Shown here piece by piece: positions 17,846 through 26,399 of a stretch of DNA of 64,000 nt. The stretch comes from Acidimicrobiia bacterium. Lineage in GTDB: Bacteria; Actinomycetota; Acidimicrobiia; Spongiisociales; UBA11373. The translations under genes and the position numbers were made by a program. Numbering within the stretch: the first letter of the stretch is position 1; each line of letters starts with the position of its first letter. The DNA lies in assembly GCA_040882645.1 (NCBI GenBank), contig JBBEAX010000038.1, forward strand, positions 44,164-108,163, read 5' to 3'. The notes below the pieces were generated by a model. It was given only the letters and a program-made list of their open reading frames with translations. It was not told the DNA's origin and ran no database searches.

Positions 17846-18504
17846 CGCTGGCCGTGCTGGGAGCGTTCGGCCTGGCGGGCGGGGTACCACTCGCCGCCGT
17901 CGGCGCCGGGATGGTGATGGCATGGCAGCCGGTACTGGGGATTGTCGGCCTGGGGGTGTGGGCGGCCCGAGGCCGTCAGGCGGGGCAGTTGCCAGGCCCT
18001 GACGACGAGGCCGCATTCCTGCAGGGTCTCGCCGCCGAGTTGGCGGCGGGGTCGCCGCCGCGGGCCGCGCTGGTGTCGGCAGCCTCGCGGGCTCCGATAC
18101 TCGATCTTCGGCACGCGGTGCGCTTCGCTGGGGCCGGCCTCGACTCCGAACGGGTGGCCGGGGCCCTACGGGAGGCGCTTCCCACTCATGGTCGGCTGGC
18201 GGCGGCTGCCTGGACCCTGACTGCCACCGCGGGCGGTCCGGCCGCCGCTCTCTTCGAAGTGCTCGCAGTACGGGCCGCCGACGATGGAGCGCTGATCAGG
18301 GAACGGCGAGCGCTCACGGCCCAGGCCCGCGCTTCCGCCTGGGTGGTGGCTGGCCTTCCGATCGTCCTGCTGGCCGGACTGTTCGGTACCGGCCGGTTGA
18401 GCATCGCGTCTGATCAGGCGCTGGGGTTGGTCGTCGCGGTGGGAATCGCCCTTCAGGCGGCGGGGGTGGCGGTGGTCTGGACGATGCTGCGGAGGGCTAC
18501 ATGA
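17836..18504 (+). CDS. TadB-like type II secretion system F-family membrane protein
   Basis: Membrane protein whose ATG 17836 overlaps the end of tadA. Size and position match TadB of actinobacterial Tad-like loci. Confidence 0.6.
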   Translation: MAVTLAVLGAFGLAGGVPLAAVGAGMVMAWQPVLGIVGLGVWAARGRQAGQLPGPDDEAAFLQGLAAELAAGSPPRAALVSAASRAPILDLRHAVRFAGAGLDSERVAGALREALPTHGRLAAAAWTLTATAGGPAAALFEVLAVRAADDGALIRERRALTAQARASAWVVAGLPIVLLAGLFGTGRLSIASDQALGLVVAVGIALQAAGVAVVWTMLRRAT

Positions 18505-19124
18505 TCGCGGTATCAGTGATCGGTACCGCCTGGTGGGTGGCCACCACGGTGGGGTGGCGGCGCCCCTGGCTCCTGGCCACCGTCAGCGGACTTCTCGTGC
18601 TCTCGCCGATGGTGGGGATGGCGGTCACGGCAGTCGCCGTCGCCCGCTACCGCTGGTTGCGGGCGCGGCGGGATGCCGCAATCGAGAGACAGGCCGAAGG
18701 CGATGTGGCGCTCCTCGCCGACCTCCTTGGCCTCGGGCTGACCGCCGGGCTGAGCCTGCGGGCCGCCATCGACATCGCCGCCCCCCAGGTCGCGGCTCCC
18801 GTCCAGGCCGACCTCGCTGCGATGTGTCGTCGGATCGATCGGGCGGGGTTGGCGGCGGGCCTCGCCGATACCAGCGGTCGCCTCGAGGGCCTTGCCCGGG
18901 TCGCGGCCGGCGCCGCCGTCAGCGGGGCGCCGCTCGCCCCCGCCGTCGCCGCGTTCTCCAAGGTACGCCGCCACGCAGATCATGCGACCCGGATGGAGCG
19001 CGCCCGCAGGCTGCCGGTACGGCTGCTGCTTCCGCTCGCACTGCTGATCCTGCCGGGCTTCGTGCTCCTCGCAGTCGGGCCGGCGGTTCTCCAGGGTCTG
19101 GCGCGTCTCGGTTCAACCCCATGA
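18501..19124 (+). CDS. TadC-like type II secretion system F-family membrane protein
   Basis: ATGA overlap with the previous gene. It has TM segments at both ends and a central soluble T2SSF-like region. Confidence 0.6.
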   Translation: MIAVSVIGTAWWVATTVGWRRPWLLATVSGLLVLSPMVGMAVTAVAVARYRWLRARRDAAIERQAEGDVALLADLLGLGLTAGLSLRAAIDIAAPQVAAPVQADLAAMCRRIDRAGLAAGLADTSGRLEGLARVAAGAAVSGAPLAPAVAAFSKVRRHADHATRMERARRLPVRLLLPLALLILPGFVLLAVGPAVLQGLARLGSTP

Positions 19125-19140
19125 GAGAAAGGTCGATCGA

Positions 19141-19308
19141 ATGAGAGATGAGTCTGGCCAGGCCACCGCGGAGTACGCCCTCGTCATCGTTGCCGCCGCC
19201 ATCGTCGCCGTCGCCTTGATCTCGTGGGCGGCGGGATCCAATGCGCTGCCCTCCTTCTTCGATGCCGTGATCGACCGGGTGCGCGGCTTCGCCGGTGCCG
19301 GCGGATGA
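19141..19308 (+). CDS. Flp/DUF4244-like prepilin (55 aa, absent from the ORF track)
   Basis: The hand translation is MRDESGQATAEYALVIVAAAIVAVALISWAAGSNALPSFFDAVIDRVRGFAGAGG. It has a G/xxTAEY Flp-type processing motif followed by a hydrophobic helix. Its stop overlaps the next ATG (ATGA). Confidence 0.6.
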   Translation: MRDESGQATAEYALVIVAAAIVAVALISWAAGSNALPSFFDAVIDRVRGFAGAGG

Positions 19309-19670
19309 CGGCCGAGCGCGGCAGCGCCGCCGTGGAGTTCGCCCTCGTCTTGCCCCTTGTTCTTCTGGTGCTCCTCGCCGCGGTCGAAGTGGCGGTGGCG
19401 GCAAGGGTGCAGCTCGAGGTTTCCGGAGCGGCGCGTGAAGGTGCCCGTGAGGCAGCCACCACCCCCGAGCCGGAAAGGGCAGTGGCAGCCGTTCGGCGAG
19501 CGCTCGGCGGTGATGCCGGGGGTAGGGCGAGGGTGTCGGTGGTCCGGGAGCACCTGGTCGGAGGAACCGCCGAAGTAGTGGTGCGTCTGCGCCACCGCGT
19601 CGCTGGGCCATTGTTCGGGGGCTTCGACGTCACCCTCGTCGGGCGGGCGGTGATGCGGGTGGAACGGTGA
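19305..19670 (+). CDS. TadE-like pilus/pseudopilin protein
   Basis: The N-terminus ERGSAAVEFALVLPLVLLVLLAAVEV is the typical TadE motif. Confidence 0.65.
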   Translation: MTAERGSAAVEFALVLPLVLLVLLAAVEVAVAARVQLEVSGAAREGAREAATTPEPERAVAAVRRALGGDAGGRARVSVVREHLVGGTAEVVVRLRHRVAGPLFGGFDVTLVGRAVMRVER

Positions 19671-20056
19671 ACGAGCGGGGCAGCGCCTCGCTGGCGCTGC
19701 TCGGGGTCACCGGGGTCGTGATGATGCTTGCGGTCGGCCTGGCGGTCGTCGGATCGGTGATGCAGGCCCGGGTCGAGGCAAGCACCGCCGCCGACGCCGC
19801 CGCATTGGCCGCCGCCCCGGTCACCTTCCTTCCCTTCGGGGCGCAAGGAACCCCGACCGAAGAGGCGGCGAGGTTTGCAACCCTCAATGGGTCCCGCCTG
19901 CTCTCTTGCATCTGCCCCGTCGATCCGTCGTGGGAACCACGCACCGTCGAGGTCCGTATTGAACGGTCGGTCGAGATCTGGCCATTGGGCACCATCGAAG
20001 TGGAGGCCACCGGCCGAGCCGAGTTCGTGCCAGCGCTGCTGTTGGCGGAGCCGTAG
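19667..20056 (+). CDS. TadE-like protein (Rv3654c-type, helicase/secretion neighbourhood)
   Basis: N-terminal TM followed by AADAAALAAA and a small beta-rich C-terminus. GTGA overlap with the previous gene. Confidence 0.6.
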   Translation: MNERGSASLALLGVTGVVMMLAVGLAVVGSVMQARVEASTAADAAALAAAPVTFLPFGAQGTPTEEAARFATLNGSRLLSCICPVDPSWEPRTVEVRIERSVEIWPLGTIEVEATGRAEFVPALLLAEP

Positions 20057-20058
20057 AG

Positions 20059-20172
20059 GCCGCTGCCCCGCTGCCCGCTTCCCGCAGGAGGCGAGAACCA
20101 TTGACGAGAACAGCTCCAGCGAGGTTTCGCCTTTCGCAGCCGGCCGGCAGGCCGCCCTTCGCCCTTCGCCCC
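20059..20172. repeat. CCCGCTN heptads plus ~55-nt dispersed box (copy 1)
   Basis: The box at 20115-20172 is CCAGCGAGGTTTCGCCTTTCGC...GGCCGCCCTTCGCCCTTCGCC. It is about 87% identical to 41997-42055. Confidence 0.85.
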
Positions 20173-20229
20173 CTAAGTCGCCAGACCAGAAAGCGCGTAA
20201 TCGCGCGCTGACACCGGACATACACGATT

Positions 20230-20757
20230 ATGGAGACAGCAATGACCGCCTCACGCATCGGCACGCGCGGGCTGGCTTCCGAGGAGGAGTTCCGGAATCT
20301 GTTCTCCCGGCATTACGGAGCGGTGTTCGCATACGCCGCTCGTCGGGTCGGGTGGGACGAGGCCGGTGACGCCGCCGCGGAGGTGTTCACGGTTGCCTGG
20401 AAGAAGATTCGATCGGTACCCGATGGGTCCGAAGCGCTGCCCTGGCTCTACGGGGTGGCGCGGCGGGTCGTCTCCAACCAACGCCGCTCGCTGCAACGCC
20501 GCGAGCGGCTCGACGCCAAGGTGGCGAGATTGCCGGAGCGACGGGTCGAACACGACCCGGTCGACTTCGACTCCGCGCTGGCGTCGCTCGATGACGACGA
20601 CCGAGAAGTGCTGATGCTCGCCGCTTGGGAGGGCCTGAATCCGGAGGAGATGGGAAGGGTGCTCGGATGTTCGGCCAACGCCGCCTCCGTGCGCCTGCAC
20701 CGCGCCCGGGGACGCCTCGCAGAGGCATGGGGTCATGAACATGGAGGTGGCAGATGA
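20230..20757 (+). CDS. ECF-type RNA polymerase sigma factor
   Basis: Sigma-70 region 2 (YGAVFAYAARRV...AAEVFTVAWKK) and region 4 (DREVLMLAAWEGLNPEEMGRVLGCSANAASVRLHRAR). Confidence 0.85.
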   Translation: METAMTASRIGTRGLASEEEFRNLFSRHYGAVFAYAARRVGWDEAGDAAAEVFTVAWKKIRSVPDGSEALPWLYGVARRVVSNQRRSLQRRERLDAKVARLPERRVEHDPVDFDSALASLDDDDREVLMLAAWEGLNPEEMGRVLGCSANAASVRLHRARGRLAEAWGHEHGGGR

Positions 20758-22334
20758 GCCGCGACCCGTTTGAAGAGATGCAGAAGAGAAACCCCGTGAC
20801 CCGGGACGAGCTGCCGATGGCGCCGATGTCGGTCGCCGAGCGCATCCTCGGGCACCGGACGCGGGCGGCGATGCCGGGATGGGCCCTGGCCGTGGCCGCG
20901 ATGTTCGTGGTGGCCGCGGTGGGTGGCTCGATGCTGTTGTGGCTCGGGGGAGGGGACTCGCTACCGGTCGGAAGCGGCGGCACCACGACAACTCCTGGCT
21001 CCACGACGAGCGGCGTCGTGACCACGGTCGCGACGACGAGCGGCTTTGTGACGACGGTCGCAGTGCCGGAATCGGGCGAGGGCACCCTCTACTTCTTCGT
21101 GGATGACGCCGGCGAGGGATGGAGTGGGGGGCCGTTCCTGATTCCCGTGAGCGTTCGCATCGACGGGCGTTCGACGAACACCGGATCAGCCCTGCTGTTG
21201 GAGGAGGCTTCGCTGACGATGCGTGCCCTGCTCGAGGGAGAGGCATCCCTATCGATCCCCGCCCTGTCCACCGCCATTCCGGCGGGCACGGAGCTGCTGG
21301 GCATCGAGATCGAGGCGCAGACGGGTGTGATCCGAGTGAACCTGTCCACCGAGTTCGCCGCGGGTGGCGGGTCGGCGTCGATGATCGGGCGGGTCGGCCA
21401 GGTGGTCTACACCCTGACGGCGATCGACGGCGTCAACGGCGTTCGGTTTCTGGTGGACGGTGTTCCCACGACCGTGCTTGGCGGCGAGGGATTCATCGTC
21501 GACGATCCCGCGACGGAAACCGGGTTCGACGACCTGCTTCCCGCGGTGATGATCGATTCACCGGTATATGGCGCCGCGTCGGGCAGTCCGCTCATTGCCA
21601 CGGGAACCGCCAACGTGTTCGAGGCCACCGTGAGCATCGAACTGCTCGACGACTCGGGCGCCGTCCTGTTCGAGGGCTTCAGTACGGCTACCTGCGGGAC
21701 GGGCTGCCGAGGTGAGTGGAGCATCGAAATTCCTTACGCGGTTGGCAGCTCGCAGTCCGGCACGCTGCGCGCCTTCGAATCGTCGGCCGAGGACGGACGA
21801 CCGATCAACGTTCGCGAGCACAAGGTGTTGCTGTACGCATCCGAATTGCCTGGAGAAACCTGCTCGGGTTATTCCTTCGAGACCCCGTTCGTCGAGCAGG
21901 AAGGGCTGCCCGAGGCGGTCGCCGCGAAGCGCGCCGCGATCTGGGACGCCGCGGTGGAATGCGACTGGGGCCAGTTGCAGCGTCTGCTCGGCTCTCCCTT
22001 CTCATGGACCTTTGGCGGTGGGGATGACTCGATCGACGCCCCGATCCATCATTGGCAGGGTCTCGAGGAGGATGGTCAGGACCCGATCCGCTTCCTGGCG
22101 GAGTTGCTCAACCGGCCGTTCGGCACCATCACGAACCAGGACATCACGTACTACGTGTGGCCCTCGGCGCACACCAAGCCGTGGGAGGACGTGACCGCCG
22201 CCGAGCGGGAGTCGCTGCGACCCCTCTTCGATGACGCGGACTTCGCCGACTTCGAAGCCTTCGGTGCCTACTACCACTACCGGATCGGAATCCTGGCAAA
22301 CGGCGATTGGGTCTACTTCATCGCCGGGGACTGA
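20754..22334 (+). CDS. membrane-anchored GerMN + Gmad2 (Ig-like) domain protein, putative anti-sigma partner
   Basis: ATGA overlap with the sigma gene. One TM lies near residue 45. A GerMN-like block (VVYTLTAIDGVNGVRFLVDG) is followed by a Gmad2-like block (ATGTANVFEATVSIELLDDSGAVL...GTGCRGEW). The C-terminal ~170 aa are unassigned. Confidence 0.65.
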   Translation: MSRDPFEEMQKRNPVTRDELPMAPMSVAERILGHRTRAAMPGWALAVAAMFVVAAVGGSMLLWLGGGDSLPVGSGGTTTTPGSTTSGVVTTVATTSGFVTTVAVPESGEGTLYFFVDDAGEGWSGGPFLIPVSVRIDGRSTNTGSALLLEEASLTMRALLEGEASLSIPALSTAIPAGTELLGIEIEAQTGVIRVNLSTEFAAGGGSASMIGRVGQVVYTLTAIDGVNGVRFLVDGVPTTVLGGEGFIVDDPATETGFDDLLPAVMIDSPVYGAASGSPLIATGTANVFEATVSIELLDDSGAVLFEGFSTATCGTGCRGEWSIEIPYAVGSSQSGTLRAFESSAEDGRPINVREHKVLLYASELPGETCSGYSFETPFVEQEGLPEAVAAKRAAIWDAAVECDWGQLQRLLGSPFSWTFGGGDDSIDAPIHHWQGLEEDGQDPIRFLAELLNRPFGTITNQDITYYVWPSAHTKPWEDVTAAERESLRPLFDDADFADFEAFGAYYHYRIGILANGDWVYFIAGD

Positions 22335-22343
22335 GCAGAGAGT

Positions 22344-22371
22344 CAAGAATCAAGAGTCAAGATTCAAGACA
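22344..22371. repeat. CAAGANN heptads x4 (direct only)
   Basis: CAAGAAT CAAGAGT CAAGATT CAAGACA, starting 10 nt after the stop of the GerMN gene. Confidence 0.88.
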
Positions 22372-22373
22372 GT

Positions 22374-22407
22374 GCGAGGGGGCGGGCCTGCGGTTACGCC
22401 CCCTCGC
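22374..22407. terminator. bidirectional hairpin between convergent genes
   Basis: GCGAGGGGGCG - 12 nt - CGCCCCCTCGC, a perfect 11-bp stem that abuts the mazF stop codon. Confidence 0.55.
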
Positions 22408-22731
22408 TCAGTTGGCGATCGCTAGGGCGTAGGTCAGCGCTCGGTCGAGCTCGATCCGCTTTTCCGGCCCGAGTGCGCCGATCGGTATCGGGTCGATCTG
22501 GGAGCGGTGGATGGTCAAGAGGTTGTCGCAGGTGATCACCGATGCCTCCGGCAAGCCCTCGTCGCGGCCGACTTCCACCTCTGATCTGATCCGACGGACG
22601 GTTGTGGTCACCGGGGCGACAGTCACGCCGGTGACCACGGTGAGGGCGGCATCCCGGGTGAGGATGCAGACAGGTCTACGGCCATAGGGAACCGGAAGGT
22701 CGGCCCACCTCAACTCTCGGCTTCTCACCAC
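22408..22731 (-). CDS. MazF/PemK-family toxin
   Basis: PemK-like pattern (RPVCILTRD...VAPVTTT.R...SEV...S.ITCDNLLTI). The GTG start overlaps the antitoxin stop. Confidence 0.7.
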   Translation of the reverse strand: MVRSRELRWADLPVPYGRRPVCILTRDAALTVVTGVTVAPVTTTVRRIRSEVEVGRDEGLPEASVITCDNLLTIHRSQIDPIPIGALGPEKRIELDRALTYALAIAN

Positions 22732-22976
22732 TCGGGCCAGTTCTCGAGGCTCGTCCGCATGAGAGCGTCGATCCACGCTGGATCCTGGGGTTGCTTGTGA
22801 TAGGCCTCGATCAGTTCGGCGTCGGCCTTCTGTTCATCGACTGCGTCGACGAGAAGCCGTGCCGCGCGCCTTAGGAGCTCTGAGCGGTTGGTGTCGCGCT
22901 CCTTTGCGATCTGGTCGAGCGCGTCGACGAGATCGTCATCGAGTTGCACGAGCACTTCGCGTCGAGCCACGACCAT
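22725..22976 (-). CDS. ribbon-helix-helix (CopG-like) antitoxin
   Basis: The N-terminus VLVQLDDDLVDALDQIAKERDTNRSELLRRAARLL is an RHH fold pattern. It lies directly upstream of mazF. Confidence 0.65.
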   Translation of the reverse strand: MVVARREVLVQLDDDLVDALDQIAKERDTNRSELLRRAARLLVDAVDEQKADAELIEAYHKQPQDPAWIDALMRTSLENWPEW

Positions 22977-23119
22977 ATGGTAGAGCATATGATACTGCCA
23001 GCTACAGCACCAGCCCCATGCTCCAGCCAGAGGGATGCACACGTTCCACGCCCAGTGACGGCCGACGGAAGGGCAGACGGCAACCCCGCGAATATGTCGC
23101 ACCGGGATAGGCTCGGAGG

Positions 23120-23944
23120 GTGAGATTCGGGCTGTCCTTCCCCAACTTTGGGGGTTTCGCCGACCCTGGTGTTCTCGTCGATCTCGCCGTCCGGGCTGAG
23201 GAGTCGGGCTGGGACGGGTTTTTTCTATGGGACCACATCGTCGTGGCGGACGGGATGCCGGTCGCGGATCCCTGGGTGGCGCTCGGGGCGGTGGCCCAGG
23301 CGACCTCGCGGATCAGCGTCGGCGTCATGGTCGTCGCGCTTCCCCGGCACCGGCCGTGGGTCGTGGCCCGCCAGGCGGTGTCCGTCGACCATCTGTCCCG
23401 GGGGCGCATGGTCCTCGGAGTCGGGATCGGTTTCCCGCCGGCCGAGGAGTTCGGCACCTTTGGCGACCCGGAGGACGAAAGGATCCGCGCCGACATGCTG
23501 GACGAGGGCCTCGAGATCGTGGAAGGGGTGTGGGGCAATCGACCGTTTGGATTCGATGGCTCCCACTACACCGTGGTGGCGACCACCTTTGCTCCGCCAG
23601 CCGTGCAGCAGCCACGCATCCCGATCTGGGTGGCGGCGATGCTGCCCAACCGGCGGCCGCTCCGGCGATCCGCACGATTCGACGGGGTGGTTCCGATGAG
23701 GGCGGATGGCGGGGCAATGACGCCGGACGACGTGGCGTTCGTGCGGCGGTATGTCGCAGAACATCGATCGAGTGACTCCCGGTTCGACATCGCCATCGGA
23801 GGAGGCCCCATCTCGCAAAGCGCGCTGGGCGAGCTATCGGATGCCGGTCTCACCTGGTACCTAGGGGGCCCGAGTCCCGAGGGCGAGCCCATCGCTGAGA
23901 CGATGACCTGGGTATCCGCCGGCCCGGCGGCATACGCGGTCTAG
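23120..23944 (+). CDS. luciferase-like (LLM class, probably F420-dependent) oxidoreductase
   Basis: The N-terminus MRFGLSFPNFGGFADPGVLVDLAVRAEESGWDGFFLWDH is typical of LLM proteins. GTG 23120 follows GGAGG. Confidence 0.75.
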   Translation: MRFGLSFPNFGGFADPGVLVDLAVRAEESGWDGFFLWDHIVVADGMPVADPWVALGAVAQATSRISVGVMVVALPRHRPWVVARQAVSVDHLSRGRMVLGVGIGFPPAEEFGTFGDPEDERIRADMLDEGLEIVEGVWGNRPFGFDGSHYTVVATTFAPPAVQQPRIPIWVAAMLPNRRPLRRSARFDGVVPMRADGGAMTPDDVAFVRRYVAEHRSSDSRFDIAIGGGPISQSALGELSDAGLTWYLGGPSPEGEPIAETMTWVSAGPAAYAV

Positions 23945-23951
23945 CCCCGCC

Positions 23952-26198
23952 TCACCCCAGCCCCACCTCGAGCAGCCGCACCGCGCCGGCCTTGTCGAGT
24001 GGCTCGTTGAAGTTGCCGCACTTGGGGGACTGGACGCACGAGGGGCAACCGGTGTCGCAAGGGCAGGTGCGCAGCGCCTCGAGGGTGGCGCGCAGGTGGC
24101 GGGCACCGGCGTCGTAGGCGATGGGGGCGATCCCCGCTCCGCCGGGGTAGCCGTCGTAGATGAACCACACCGGCATGCCCGCCGCCGGATGGAACGGGGT
24201 CGACAGCCCCCCGATGTCCCAACGATCGCAGATGGCAAAGAGGGGGAGCATGGCGATGCCGGTGTGCTCCGCGGCGTGGAGGGTGCCGGGCAGATCGGCG
24301 TCAACGATGCCCGAGTCGCGCTGAAGGTCCTCGTCGACAGTGAACCAGATCGCCTGGGTGGCATATCGCCGGGGCGGAAGCTCGAGCGGCTCGTACGAGA
24401 CCACGCTCCGGTCGCCGATCTTCTTCCGCTTGAACCCGGTCACGTGCGACTCGACCTCCACTTCGCCGAGCCGGTGGCCGAACCGACCCACGGTCCCCAC
24501 CCGCAGCACCTCGAGGACATCGATATTCGTGTCCTCCTCCGGCTGGGTGTAGTAGCCGACCTCGTCGGCGCGGGCACGGACCAGCCGGTTGGCGACATCG
24601 AGGTCATCGATCACATACGAGTCGCCCTGGTGCAGATAGACCGCCCCGGGATGGGCCTGAGAGAACACCCGGTTCTCGTCCATCGTTCCGATCACCTCGC
24701 CGGTGTCGTCGACGATCGTGAAGGGTGGCCCACCGGCGGTGCGGATGTCGATGGCGGGAGCCGGAGCACCGCGGCCGGCCCACAGCAGCCGACCGTTGCG
24801 GACCCGCAGCACTCCCTCGGCCACCAGGTCGGCGGCCAACGGCTCGACCTCCGGGCCGAAAGTGGCGATGGCGTCGTTCGAGAGCATCGGGATCTCGTAG
24901 GCGGCGCAGCCCATGTGGCCGGCGAGCACATGCGGGTTCGACGGGTTGATCACCGCCGCCTCGGAAGCCCGTCCGAACAAGTCGTCGGGGTGGTTCATGT
25001 ACCACTGGTCGAGGGCGTCTTGACCGGCGACCAGCACGGAGAGCGATTCGTCGGTTGAGCGTCCAGCGCGCCCGGTCTGCTGGCGGAACGAGGCGACCGT
25101 GCCGGGGAAGGTGGCGACGACGGCGGCGTCGAGGCCGCCAATGTCGATGCCGAGCTCGAGGGCGTTGGTGGCGGTCACCCCCAGCAGCTCACCTGAGAAG
25201 AGCCGGCGTTCGACCTCACGCCGCTGCTCAGGCAAGTAGCCGGCGCGGTAGGGGGCGATGCGGTCGGCCAGGTCGGCATCGAGCCGTTCCCGCGCCCATC
25301 GGTATACGAGTTCGACCCCCTTACGGCTGCGGGCGAATGCAATCGTGTGCTCCCCGCGCTGCACCAGATCGACGAACAGGTCGGTGGTCTCGGCGAGGGC
25401 GCTGCGGCGGAGGTCGTCAGCATCCATCTCAGGGTTCCACAGCACGTAATGCCGCACGCCGGCGGGGGAAGTGTCCTGTTCCACCACCTCCACCGGCAGG
25501 CCGGTCAGCCCCGACATCAGCTCGCCCGGATTGCCAATCGTCGCCGACGACCCGAGGAACGTGGGATCGGCGCCGTAGTGACGGGCAACGCGCCGGAGGC
25601 GGCGAAGGACATTGCCGACATGGCTGCCAAAGATCCCCCGCAGCACGTGCACCTCGTCGATGACGACAAATTGCAGGTGACGGAAGAAGGTGGCCCACTT
25701 GCCGTGGGACGGCAGGATCCCGATGTGAAGCATGTCGGGGTTCGTCATCACCACATTGGCGTGGCGCCGGGCCCAGACGCGGGCGTCGGCGTCGGTGTCA
25801 CCGTCGTACACCACCGGTGTCGCCTCGGCTATCCCGAAGGCATCGAGGGCTCGCAATTGATCGCGTGCCAGCGCCTTCGTGGGAAAGAGCATGAGAGCCG
25901 TGGCGTGCCCGTCACCCAATGCCGCTTCGAGGATTGGCGCCTGGTACCCCAGCGACTTCCCCGATGCGGTACCGGCGACCACCACGGTGTGGATCCCCGC
26001 CCGGGCCCGCTTGATCGCCTGCGCCTGGTGCCGGTAGAGCCGCTCGATTCCCCGCAACGCCAGCGCCCCCACCAAGCGCTCGCCAAGGGGTGGGTCGAGG
26101 TCCTCGAATATCGCCCGCCGCTCCGGCACCGTCTCCACATGGACGATCCGCTCCGCCCGCTCAGGATCGGCCAACCAATCGGCAACAACGGGGTGCAT
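23952..26198 (-). CDS. DEAD/DEAH (DEVH)-box helicase with C-terminal DUF1998 zinc module (MrfA / helicase-secretion-neighbourhood type)
   Basis: Contains Walker A AGTASGKS and a DEVH box. The helicase C motifs include QQTGRAGR. The C-terminal Cys cluster is CPCDTGCPSCVQSPKCGN. Confidence 0.9.
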   Translation of the reverse strand: MHPVVADWLADPERAERIVHVETVPERRAIFEDLDPPLGERLVGALALRGIERLYRHQAQAIKRARAGIHTVVVAGTASGKSLGYQAPILEAALGDGHATALMLFPTKALARDQLRALDAFGIAEATPVVYDGDTDADARVWARRHANVVMTNPDMLHIGILPSHGKWATFFRHLQFVVIDEVHVLRGIFGSHVGNVLRRLRRVARHYGADPTFLGSSATIGNPGELMSGLTGLPVEVVEQDTSPAGVRHYVLWNPEMDADDLRRSALAETTDLFVDLVQRGEHTIAFARSRKGVELVYRWARERLDADLADRIAPYRAGYLPEQRREVERRLFSGELLGVTATNALELGIDIGGLDAAVVATFPGTVASFRQQTGRAGRSTDESLSVLVAGQDALDQWYMNHPDDLFGRASEAAVINPSNPHVLAGHMGCAAYEIPMLSNDAIATFGPEVEPLAADLVAEGVLRVRNGRLLWAGRGAPAPAIDIRTAGGPPFTIVDDTGEVIGTMDENRVFSQAHPGAVYLHQGDSYVIDDLDVANRLVRARADEVGYYTQPEEDTNIDVLEVLRVGTVGRFGHRLGEVEVESHVTGFKRKKIGDRSVVSYEPLELPPRRYATQAIWFTVDEDLQRDSGIVDADLPGTLHAAEHTGIAMLPLFAICDRWDIGGLSTPFHPAAGMPVWFIYDGYPGGAGIAPIAYDAGARHLRATLEALRTCPCDTGCPSCVQSPKCGNFNEPLDKAGAVRLLEVGLG

Positions 26199-26241
26199 GG
26201 GCGCGACGGTAGATGTACGCGTGGGCGTCTCGTCGGGTTGG

Positions 26242-26367
26242 GGGGCGAGGGGCGAAGAGCGATGGCGAAACCGCGTTCAGGCGGTACGGGTACGCGGGGA
26301 CCTCCCGTCGAGTTGGGCGGCGATGGACGAAGGGCGAAAGGCGAGACCGGAGACGTTCGCCCCTCGC
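26242..26367. repeat. GGCGA-type heptads with 12-nt long-range complement
   Basis: GGGGCGA GGGGCGA AGAGCGA TGGCGAA lies at 26242-26269. CGATGGA CGAAGGG CGAAAGG CGAGACC lies at 26321-26348. GCGAGGGGCGAA (26245-26256) is exactly complementary to 26356-26367. Confidence 0.8.
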
Positions 26368-26399
26368 GGTCTACGAGCGGGTGTGCCAATCTGACCCTC

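Noticed and set aside
22974-22991. Two CATATG hexamers 12 nt apart at the 5' end of the RHH antitoxin gene, as a toxin-antitoxin operator.
   Set aside because: The first hexamer contains the start codon itself and the motif is short. This is plausible but not supportable from sequence alone.
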